A stretch of DNA of 24,341 bases. It comes from a virus. Its lineage: Duplodnaviria > Caudoviricetes. Below are positions 15,723 to 23,246 of the stretch, one piece after another. The notes beneath the pieces were generated by a model that had not been told where the DNA came from, did not search any database, and saw only the letters and a program-made list of their open reading frames with translations. The first letter of the stretch is position 1. Each line of letters starts with the position of its first letter. The DNA is taken from the IMG/VR virus record IMGVR_UViG_3300016263_000504, positions 1-24,341 of that record, one strand, 5' to 3'. The translations under genes were made by a program, and so were the position numbers.

Positions 15723-15900
15723 GCTGGAGTCACGCTTATCCAGCTACCAGATTCGCACTCCCCCGAAAAGAAGTCAGGCAAAGTGTCTGTATAGACCATA
15801 GTTACATATATCCCATTCGGCTTTACGGCTCTGCTGAATCACAGCAGAAACGCTTCGGGTGCTGTTATCCCCTTGCAACTGGGGCGGTGATTAGTCGCTT
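15723..15900 (-). ncRNA. Candidate structured non-coding RNA
   Basis: GC-richer gap with no minus-strand ORF. Hairpins CCCC/GGGG (15869-15884), TCTGCTG/CAGCAGA (15830-15848) and GCTGGA/TCCAGC (15723-15744), plus a long-range GCAC-CCGAA / TTCGG..GTGC pairing. Confidence 0.4.
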
Positions 15901-15922
15901 CGTCATAATATGGTAAATTGAA

Positions 15923-16060
15923 TTAGCGCGGCAGGATTTGAACCTGCAAGTTGGTTACCATTGTTCATTCGCCGGGACACTTTGGATTTATCCGGCATAG
16001 GTTGCGTCTGTCCAGCGAATCCCTTTATCAGTGGGGCGCTGCTTTTCCGCCACGCGCTAA
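15923..16060 (-). ncRNA. tRNA-like RNA (138 nt) with an enlarged anticodon arm
   Basis: Acceptor TTAGCGCG/CGCGCTAA, D-arm TGGCG-GAAAAGCAG-CGCC and perfect T-arm GCAGG-TTCAAAT-CCTGC. About 85 nt lie between the D and T arms. No encoded CCA. Confidence 0.72.
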
Positions 16061-16067
16061 AATCTAT

Positions 16068-16250
16068 CTATTCAAAAATAAACAAGTAAGCCAGCAATCC
16101 AAGTACAATTACAGTCACTATCCAAACGATAGTCGTGGCTATCATAAAACTATCTACTCTACTTTGTCGAGTATAGTATTCATCAGGATACATCTCATTG
16201 ATTTGCTCTTGCGATTTGCGTTTCGTGGTTCGTTTAGTTGTCTTTTTCAT
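16068..16250 (-). CDS. Small C-terminally anchored membrane protein
   Basis: Basic N-terminus MKKTTKRTTKRK and a hydrophobic C-terminal helix; 60 aa. Confidence 0.65.
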   Translation of the reverse strand: MKKTTKRTTKRKSQEQINEMYPDEYYTRQSRVDSFMIATTIVWIVTVIVLGLLAYLFIFE

Positions 16251-16385
16251 AATTAACAAAATCATTTAATGCCGATCAACACTGCAATCGACATTTTACT
16301 TAATGGCCACTCTTGACAAAGTGTTTGGTATTGTTATGATTATCGCTGTCAAGCAATAATCTTTTTGACCGCCACCGTTAAGAAT

Positions 16386-16413
16386 ATATTAACACATAAT
16401 CCTAGGATGTACA
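16386..16413 (-). promoter_or_regulatory. TGTACA-N16-TAATAT promoter-like motif
   Basis: Intergenic copy with TGn before the -10 hexamer. Confidence 0.55.
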
Positions 16414-16448
16414 CGACTAAATTACAATATCATAGTAAAAATTTCAAT

Positions 16449-16961
16449 CTACTTCAACCAATACCAAACGTCATGCTGCGCTGTCATTATATTTCGATTG
16501 ACCGAAAATGCAAACTCATTGACTGCTTTATTCACTGCAGGAATGGTATTATAGTCGTGTCCTGAAAATAATCCACCAGGTTTAATTTTTGAATAGTAAT
16601 TTTCACAGTCTTTCTTTACCTGCTCATAGGTATGAAGACCATCAATAAAGATAAAGTCTAATGATTCATTTTCGAATTGTGATATTGCATTATCAGAATA
16701 ATCTCGAATCAATACAAATCTATTGGAATATGAAGATAGTCTTTTTTTAGTTTTATGAAAAAGATTTGGTCGATCATTCAATTGATTGCCGTTCCAATCC
16801 AAGTATTCCACATAAGGATCTATTGATATCAATCTAAGATTAGGATTCGAAGATAGTAAAAATATAGATGTATCTCCTTCACTGCATCCTATTTCCAATC
16901 CTACAGGATTGATTTTATCTTTTAATAATTCGGCTAACCCATATCCTGAGCAATTTATCAT
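16449..16961 (-). CDS. Class I SAM-dependent methyltransferase (Methyltransf_24-like)
   Basis: GLEIGCSEG, SIDPY, DFIFIDGLHTYE and KPGGLFSGHDY. Confidence 0.88.
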   Translation of the reverse strand: MINCSGYGLAELLKDKINPVGLEIGCSEGDTSIFLLSSNPNLRLISIDPYVEYLDWNGNQLNDRPNLFHKTKKRLSSYSNRFVLIRDYSDNAISQFENESLDFIFIDGLHTYEQVKKDCENYYSKIKPGGLFSGHDYNTIPAVNKAVNEFAFSVNRNIMTAQHDVWYWLK

Positions 16962-16962
16962 A

Positions 16963-17637
16963 TCAATAGTATTCTATTTTTCCATGACCAGCTACAAAGC
17001 CATATCCACCCAACGTGTCAAGCTCAATTAGATATTCTTTATTCATATTGACGAAATGCGCATGTTCAGCATCTAATCCAGAATTGAATGAATTAAAGTT
17101 TTTTATCAATATTTCCATATAATCATCGACTAAAGATACACACATTGAATAGAATCGTGTTGTTAAAGAATAAGATGCATCTAAAATAGGTGGTGACATC
17201 CATGTTGGAACTCTTTTAGCAAAGACGTATTTTCCTTTTTTCTCATGCGCATTTATATTAAACTCATCGGTTAACATAGATCGACAAGACATTTTGAAAA
17301 TACGATCATATTCAGACAATACGAGATTATTTTTTACAAATATCAAAGCTTTATGCAGCATTAAAGTTTCGGCATGACTTTTTAGACCTGCAGATGATAA
17401 TTTTTTCATATCATCATCGTTACTCAAATCCATAAAAAAGTGACAGCGTTTTCGAACTTGTTCTAATTCAGAAAATGAATTTTCTGATAATGACATATCA
17501 CACACCATAATAGTGGCATTAGGAACTCTATATAATAAACAGTCTAGGCATGCAATTGTTTGTTCATACCTTTCCAAAAAACTATATGCGCCAATTTTTG
17601 GCTTAAGTGCAGATGTTACGATAAAAAGAGAACGCAT
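16963..17637 (-). CDS. Putative glycosyltransferase-like protein
   Basis: LFIVTSAL..RYEQTI..YDRIFKMSCR..EH pattern, located inside the sugar-enzyme cassette. Confidence 0.5.
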   Translation of the reverse strand: MRSLFIVTSALKPKIGAYSFLERYEQTIACLDCLLYRVPNATIMVCDMSLSENSFSELEQVRKRCHFFMDLSNDDDMKKLSSAGLKSHAETLMLHKALIFVKNNLVLSEYDRIFKMSCRSMLTDEFNINAHEKKGKYVFAKRVPTWMSPPILDASYSLTTRFYSMCVSLVDDYMEILIKNFNSFNSGLDAEHAHFVNMNKEYLIELDTLGGYGFVAGHGKIEYY

Positions 17638-17641
17638 TTTA

Positions 17642-18406
17642 TCAAATTTGATTTAATTGTTCAAACCAATTTCCAAGCTTCAGTTTGAATAGATTTGGCT
17701 CAATAAGATATGCCATATTATATATGGTCTGATCATCATCGATTAGATTCATATTCAACGACTTATCGATGACATCGGATACCAATTCTTTGAATTCGCA
17801 AATCGACTTCTTGGTACCTATAAAAGTGCTTCCTGTTATGAATACTTCATTACTAAAATATGACCATGGATGATATAGCATTTCAGGAATCGGATACCGT
17901 AAGCATCCCATATACAGCTTATCACCTTGAGTCATATCCTTAAGCATTGACTCCATATCACCGGATATATCTATCTTTCCATGACCAAACCCAAAATCGA
18001 TCCATCCATATAGCGAAGTATTAAAATGCTGCATAGAATCGACGACGAATGCGGCTTTATTAAAGTTAATGATATTATATTCAGGGAAGATCATTTCTGG
18101 TATATGATGATGAACGATCTGGCGTCTAAATGCATCACTCATCATTACAGACTTCGTTCGATCGAAAAATGTTTTATGGTATTCAAGTTGTTCGAATGGT
18201 ATAGTGATAATATGAGTTTTCTTATTATTTGATCTAATTCGTGAGATTATCTCTTTATGCGCTTGATCACAATAGATAACCATATTGCCTTGAAATTTGG
18301 AAATCTTTTCAAAGTAATGCATATAGTCTTCAATTGTGCGCTTAAATGAAGACCATCGACCACGACCTATGTCATAGAATGCGGTTGCTAGGGTGATGTC
18401 ATTCAT
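17642..18406 (-). CDS. HtrL/YibB (WlaTC-like) glycosyltransferase family protein
   Basis: ITLATAFYDIGR, YGWIDFG and LIDDDQTI. Confidence 0.75.
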   Translation of the reverse strand: MNDITLATAFYDIGRGRWSSFKRTIEDYMHYFEKISKFQGNMVIYCDQAHKEIISRIRSNNKKTHIITIPFEQLEYHKTFFDRTKSVMMSDAFRRQIVHHHIPEMIFPEYNIINFNKAAFVVDSMQHFNTSLYGWIDFGFGHGKIDISGDMESMLKDMTQGDKLYMGCLRYPIPEMLYHPWSYFSNEVFITGSTFIGTKKSICEFKELVSDVIDKSLNMNLIDDDQTIYNMAYLIEPNLFKLKLGNWFEQLNQI

Positions 18407-18409
18407 ATA

Positions 18410-19198
18410 TCAATATATCAAAGCTTTGATCCGATCGATCCGATCATACTGATGGATGATCGGTATCACAACATCGTCAATCATGGGAAGACCGTTCTCA
18501 TCCCACGTAGGCTTCTCGGTTAGCTTATCCCTAAACTTCTGAACGCCGACCGTACCAAGATGAACCATCAGTCCATCGGAAGGTCGAGTAGTGGCTATCC
18601 TTTCATTGCCGAATGCCGTACCCATCAGTATGTTGAACGACGACTGATCCGATACACTGGCCGGATTGTGATAGCACATCGTAAACAGCATCAGGCATAG
18701 TTCGGCTATCGACTTCACGTCTCCGCAGAGGACTCCGACGTTGCATATCTCACGGGCTTTATACTCTTCATAGACGTACGAGAAGCCTTCCATTAGGTTA
18801 CCATTGCCCCATGATTCATCCTGATACGCGATGCACTCACTCCCACAGACGATGCTCTTGCCATGCTTCTGCATCAAGCGTTCGATCGAAGGGAATGGAT
18901 CCGAATGAAAGTACACATCCCTGCTGTCCGTAAGGACGACGTGTGAATACCTATCGACGATCGACATGAGGTACTTGTACTGCAGCAGGAACCTCAGGTT
19001 ATGCGGAGGCTTATTCGTGTTCTGTATGAAGTATGATACAGAGTCTACTCCGTTCGATACGCATGAGTCGATCAGAGTCTTGGTCGGATTGATGAAGATG
19101 TTGCAGACATCATGACCAGTCTTCTTGGCCGATAGGTTCCATGATTTCACATGATCCCACTCATAGCCGGCCGAGGATGATAAGAATAGTTTCTTCAT
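18410..19198 (-). CDS. Putative GT-A glycosyltransferase
   Basis: VVLTDSRDVYFHSDPF, CNVGVLCG, SDQSSFN and IIHQYDR. Confidence 0.7.
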   Translation of the reverse strand: MKKLFLSSSAGYEWDHVKSWNLSAKKTGHDVCNIFINPTKTLIDSCVSNGVDSVSYFIQNTNKPPHNLRFLLQYKYLMSIVDRYSHVVLTDSRDVYFHSDPFPSIERLMQKHGKSIVCGSECIAYQDESWGNGNLMEGFSYVYEEYKAREICNVGVLCGDVKSIAELCLMLFTMCYHNPASVSDQSSFNILMGTAFGNERIATTRPSDGLMVHLGTVGVQKFRDKLTEKPTWDENGLPMIDDVVIPIIHQYDRIDRIKALIY

Positions 19199-20115
19199 TT
19201 GGTTTCAATATAATTCATAATAAAGTCTTTGACGATTTGCTTTCCATTCTTTATCCATACATCTGATTTGAATCCTGTGAATGGATCAATATCTATCATA
19301 CTTTGTCGAAGATCATCATTTGAAAGTACTTCGATCATATGTTGCATTGATTTATTAGCCATTTGTTCATTAGAAGAATCAAATATATGATAAGCTTTAG
19401 GATTAAACTCTTCCTTAATATCTGGTGCACCCCAATAATAAGGAACCGTTCCGGCAATGAAGCATTCATAGATCTTTTCAGTAATATAGCCAATCTTAGA
19501 ACTATTTTCAAAAGCCATTCCATACATTGTTTTTGAACTAAATTCAATTTTAGAATTATGCTCCCATCCTATCTGGCCTGTATTATTATAGACTGAACCG
19601 CCTGAATAACAAAGACCCATCGAGACGAGTATTCGAAGTACTTCAGTTCTAAGTTGATTATTTGGATTAGATATTGCTACGGAATACTTTTTTTCATAAA
19701 AATTCTTTTTGAATTTTGCCTTCAATTCTTCAAATGAAGAGCAATTGAATCTATACAAATAATCATAATGACACATCGTATAAAATGGAAATTTTAGATA
19801 TTTTATATCCTGTCTTTGAATATCGCTAAAGCTAATATATGCTCCGCATCCTGGAGTTATTGATATAGCATCGCCGACATTTTCAGGTGAAAAACATATA
19901 CTTTTACAATCTACTTTATTCATATCCTGATAAGTCGAAGACGCTTTATTAGGAATAAACATTGAAAATATGATATCATATTTTGCACCTAAATGCATAC
20001 CAATATCCACTTGAAGTTGAGGATCTACTTCACGAAGAATTCTGGTAAAAAAACATTTCTCAGGATAGTCATTTAATTCAAATCCAGGCCATATATTTAC
20101 GTAAGCTATTCTCAT
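19195..20115 (-). CDS. GT10-family (alpha-1,3-fucosyltransferase-like) glycosyltransferase
   Basis: Signature MAFENSSKIGYITEKIYECFIAGTVPYYWG; likely start MRIAYV at 20115. Confidence 0.85.
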   Translation of the reverse strand: MRIAYVNIWPGFELNDYPEKCFFTRILREVDPQLQVDIGMHLGAKYDIIFSMFIPNKASSTYQDMNKVDCKSICFSPENVGDAISITPGCGAYISFSDIQRQDIKYLKFPFYTMCHYDYLYRFNCSSFEELKAKFKKNFYEKKYSVAISNPNNQLRTEVLRILVSMGLCYSGGSVYNNTGQIGWEHNSKIEFSSKTMYGMAFENSSKIGYITEKIYECFIAGTVPYYWGAPDIKEEFNPKAYHIFDSSNEQMANKSMQHMIEVLSNDDLRQSMIDIDPFTGFKSDVWIKNGKQIVKDFIMNYIETK

Positions 20116-20116
20116 A

Positions 20117-20812
20117 TCATTTATAGTACTTCTCAGCAACCGGCAATCCATCCGGACCGTTCACAAATTGAATAGCCTCCGGTGGAGGAGTCTTACCGTA
20201 TCCAAGATAGTGAACCGCAAATTTAGTCATATAATTAAGGGTCGGTTTCTCAGATCGTGCTATGTGTTGCTTAGGTAGATTTGCCCAAAATATTCGATCT
20301 CCAATAATGCCATACTTACGCTCTTTGAATGTCCACACTCCTATGAATTGAAAGGCTGGTCGTGCAATTAGGTAACAGTTCGTATCACAAAAGCTAATAC
20401 CATCGGATTCCAGATCATCGGCGATGAATTCCCCTTGTAGATCTCTAAGCTTTCGAGCTGTCGTAACGATGGGAGTTTGATCCGTAACCTTGCTTAAAGC
20501 TTGCTCGATATGATCAGCTTCATACCAGCAATCCGCGTCAAGAAAGCAAATGGCATCGAATCCATTAGCCGAAGCTACGGCGGAACCGATGGCTCGAGGA
20601 GTATCCCCATAGTCTCCACAGTTGGGAATCTTAAAATGCCAAATCTTTCCAGACTTCACGTCCGGATGATTTAACACATAGTCAGAAGGAAATCCATCAG
20701 AAACCAAAATATGCGTAATATTTGTGTATGTTTGTTTGGCTACGGAGTCTATGCATCTTTTGAGAAGATAACGGCCTTCACTATAGTACGGTGTTATGAC
20801 TGCAACTTTCAT
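20117..20812 (-). CDS. GT2-family glycosyltransferase
   Basis: VAVITPYY, CIDSVAKQTY, LVSDG and CFLDAD (DxD); likely start at 20812. Confidence 0.88.
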   Translation of the reverse strand: MKVAVITPYYSEGRYLLKRCIDSVAKQTYTNITHILVSDGFPSDYVLNHPDVKSGKIWHFKIPNCGDYGDTPRAIGSAVASANGFDAICFLDADCWYEADHIEQALSKVTDQTPIVTTARKLRDLQGEFIADDLESDGISFCDTNCYLIARPAFQFIGVWTFKERKYGIIGDRIFWANLPKQHIARSEKPTLNYMTKFAVHYLGYGKTPPPEAIQFVNGPDGLPVAEKYYK

Positions 20813-20816
20813 AATT

Positions 20817-21770
20817 TTATTTACCACTTCTTAAAGTAAAAGTTATAGCACGCGCAGCTTCGGTTTCCATTTCACGATTTTTATACCATGATCCAGTGTC
20901 TCGATCAAGCTCTCGGCAAAGATTTGCGATCTCTTGAGCCGTAATCGGATATCCTTTGCGTATTGCACTCGCCGCAATTGAGACCATAATCTGATACATC
21001 TTGTTATACCATCCGGTCGACGATATCATTCTATATTCATTTATCAGATGTCTTTTGATAAATGGACAATTACGATATGAGTTCCAAGAATATTTATGCT
21101 TGTTGGTAAGTTGACTTTTCTGATACTTCTCAATGGACTTTTGTACATGTTCCGGTAGATTTGCCAGAATACCAGTATTGACTTTCTCAACGTATGGATG
21201 CTTTGACATCAACTCAATCGGATTCAGAATTACCGCATCTCGATGCGAGAAGATAAAGTTATATGCATCTGGATATTGAGCCGGAACATAATACATACGA
21301 CTCAGATCTTTGGTCTGAGGATCAGCCAATGACTTGAATTCTTTGTTCAAAGCATACCAGAAATGTCGAATCTTATTGGCTGGCACATGCTCGGTTAGAG
21401 GCAATACCATACGAAACTTTGGATGCTCTCGCTTCGAGGACGCGGATGAATAGCAAACATAGCGAAAGGTGTTGAAGGTTTGCACGGCATCTTCGAATCC
21501 TCCAGTCGAATAGTCATCGACGTCGATGGCCGCCCAGCCTCCCCAGCCGATTACGTTCTTATTTGCTCGAGTGGTTCCGGCATGAAACGTAGCCGGAGTG
21601 ATGAGAACCGAAGCGTTCTGTCCAGGTCGCTCTCCTTTCTTGGGTTTGTATCCTGGCTTCTTTGAAAGCCCATAGAGCAACTTCTCGAACTCATCGAACG
21701 ATTCAAGGCTCATACGACGATGAGTCTTATTATCGAAAACAGAATTAAAGATGGTTAACTCTATGGACAT
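20817..21770 (-). CDS. Primase-polymerase (AEP)-like protein with a helical C-terminal domain
   Basis: WAAIDVDD (DxD), YSSASS..PKFRMVLPL and DPQTKDLSRMYYVP. Confidence 0.68.
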   Translation of the reverse strand: MSIELTIFNSVFDNKTHRRMSLESFDEFEKLLYGLSKKPGYKPKKGERPGQNASVLITPATFHAGTTRANKNVIGWGGWAAIDVDDYSTGGFEDAVQTFNTFRYVCYSSASSKREHPKFRMVLPLTEHVPANKIRHFWYALNKEFKSLADPQTKDLSRMYYVPAQYPDAYNFIFSHRDAVILNPIELMSKHPYVEKVNTGILANLPEHVQKSIEKYQKSQLTNKHKYSWNSYRNCPFIKRHLINEYRMISSTGWYNKMYQIMVSIAASAIRKGYPITAQEIANLCRELDRDTGSWYKNREMETEAARAITFTLRSGK

Positions 21771-21780
21771 AACGATATAA

Positions 21781-21809
21781 AAGGTACACGGAATAATCTC
21801 CGTTGTACA
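21781..21809 (-). promoter_or_regulatory. TGTACA-N17-TACCTT promoter-like motif lying within an imperfect palindrome
   Basis: Minus strand reads GTACA-A-CGGA-GATTAT-TCCG-TGTAC; 10 nt before ATG 21770. Confidence 0.55.
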
Positions 21810-21827
21810 TCATTTCTTTTCAAGTTT

Positions 21828-22358
21828 TTATTTAATCGCTTCTACATTTAAGCTTAATAGAGTTCCATGATCTTTATCCAAATGAGGCAAATATGCTTGT
21901 GTAAAATCATCAATATGGCTATGTTCCGTTTGTTTCCAATCATATCTTTCAACAGTCTTGAATCCTATATGCTTCAATTCTGTTGATAGCGTATTAAAAT
22001 CCCAACACCAATGATGAAAATTTTGTTCATAGTCTTGTCCACCATAAAGCATTCCAGAAAGAATTCTCAAATCCTTCGTCTTGATATAATAATTTACTAT
22101 ATTTTCAAAATCTGGAACTCCTATTCTTAAAATTCCTCCAGGTTTTAGTATTTCATACCATCTTTCTAAGACATGCATATAATCATATCTTGTAAAATGT
22201 TCTAAAACGTGAGAGGCATAGATCACTGACACTGAATCCTTTTTATATGCTCGCAGTCTTGCAATATTATCTACTTCATCCACATGGGGCGAATATCTAA
22301 TATCAATGTTAATATAGCCTTCAATCCTTTTATTTCCACAACCTAAATGTAATTTCAT
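21828..22358 (-). CDS. Class I SAM-dependent methyltransferase (type 11-like)
   Basis: KLHLGCG, YINID, ASHVLEHF and ILKPGGILRIGVPD. Confidence 0.88.
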   Translation of the reverse strand: MKLHLGCGNKRIEGYINIDIRYSPHVDEVDNIARLRAYKKDSVSVIYASHVLEHFTRYDYMHVLERWYEILKPGGILRIGVPDFENIVNYYIKTKDLRILSGMLYGGQDYEQNFHHWCWDFNTLSTELKHIGFKTVERYDWKQTEHSHIDDFTQAYLPHLDKDHGTLLSLNVEAIK

Positions 22359-22361
22359 ATT

Positions 22362-22778
22362 TTATTTGTTTTCAAATGCTCGCAGAATGATTCCATGATT
22401 TCCGGCATGAGATGGAGCTTGCCATCCATCCGGCTTAATCAGATCTGGCAAGCCAAATGGATTTGGCCGTGAAGCCTTGATTCCTACTCGCTTATTCATA
22501 TTGGCCTTGAGCACTTCATCCCATGCTTTTTGTGCGTCGATTCCATAAGCATCCAATGTACCAATAGCTACGACACAAAGGTCAATCAGCGAGTCAACGA
22601 TCTCTTCTGAATTGCGATCTACAATAGCATTCTTTCCTTCATTCAATTCTTCTTGCAAGAAGTTAAAACGAAAGATCAGATATGCTTTTAGTTTTTCAGC
22701 ATCCAGTTTACTTACGGCTTCTTTGATGCCATAATGCTGATGCATATCAGCAATGTCTTGATTCCAGTTTAGGCTCAT
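22362..22778 (-). CDS. MazG/PRA-PH-like nucleoside triphosphate pyrophosphohydrolase
   Basis: FLQEELNE..EEIVDSLIDL, EVLKANMNK and LIKPDGWQAP. Confidence 0.82.
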   Translation of the reverse strand: MSLNWNQDIADMHQHYGIKEAVSKLDAEKLKAYLIFRFNFLQEELNEGKNAIVDRNSEEIVDSLIDLCVVAIGTLDAYGIDAQKAWDEVLKANMNKRVGIKASRPNPFGLPDLIKPDGWQAPSHAGNHGIILRAFENK

Positions 22779-22782
22779 AATA

Positions 22783-23010
22783 TTATTCAGTAATATCTAG
22801 GTTGTTCTCTTCACAGAGTGTATGAAGCAGTTCACGAATATTAGATATTTCGCGCAAAGCTTCAGGTGTATAATCGTCCGAATTGTATTTCAAACGGTTT
22901 CTCAGTTCCGTATCCAATTTAGATACAACGTATTTCCAATCAAATGCCCGTGTTGCGGCTTTGAATTGAGACTCTTCTTCGGGCAGATTAAATTCAAGTA
23001 TTCCTTTCAT
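22783..23010 (-). CDS. Hypothetical phage protein
   Basis: 75 aa, MKGILEFNLPEE..LRNRLKY; tight packing with neighbours. Confidence 0.75.
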   Translation of the reverse strand: MKGILEFNLPEEESQFKAATRAFDWKYVVSKLDTELRNRLKYNSDDYTPEALREISNIRELLHTLCEENNLDITE

Positions 23011-23012
23011 AG

Positions 23013-23246
23013 CTATTCAATTGTTCCAATCAATTTATTATCTTTAGATGTTACGGTGACGTTTATGCATTTTCCTTTCATGACACATCGAGGTTGAACT
23101 TTTCTATGATGAGTATAGCAAGGAACATTGCATATGATATGATCGACAATATAACATGTATTATTCCAATGAATAGACATCTTAGATGTGCCACTTCTTT
23201 GAGATGCAGGTTTATTATAGTGAAAGAAAAAGATTTTAGTTTTCAT
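23013..23246 (-). CDS. Hypothetical basic protein
   Basis: 77 aa, FFFHYNKP..SIHWNNTC..QPRCVMKG; ATGA overlap with the polymerase stop. Confidence 0.75.
   Translation of the reverse strand: MKTKIFFFHYNKPASQRSGTSKMSIHWNNTCYIVDHIICNVPCYTHHRKVQPRCVMKGKCINVTVTSKDNKLIGTIE

Noticed and set aside
15923-16060. Canonical tRNA, tmRNA or intron-containing tRNA
   Set aside because: There is no 7-nt anticodon loop at the expected place, the insert is far too short for a tmRNA or self-splicing intron, and no CCA is encoded. Kept as a tRNA-like ncRNA.
16313-16340. Plus-strand sigma70-like promoter TTGACA-N16-TATGAT
   Set aside because: It would point antisense into the methyltransferase with no credible gene downstream, and the TTGACA is explained by the inverted repeat. 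It cannot be fully excluded as an antisense promoter.
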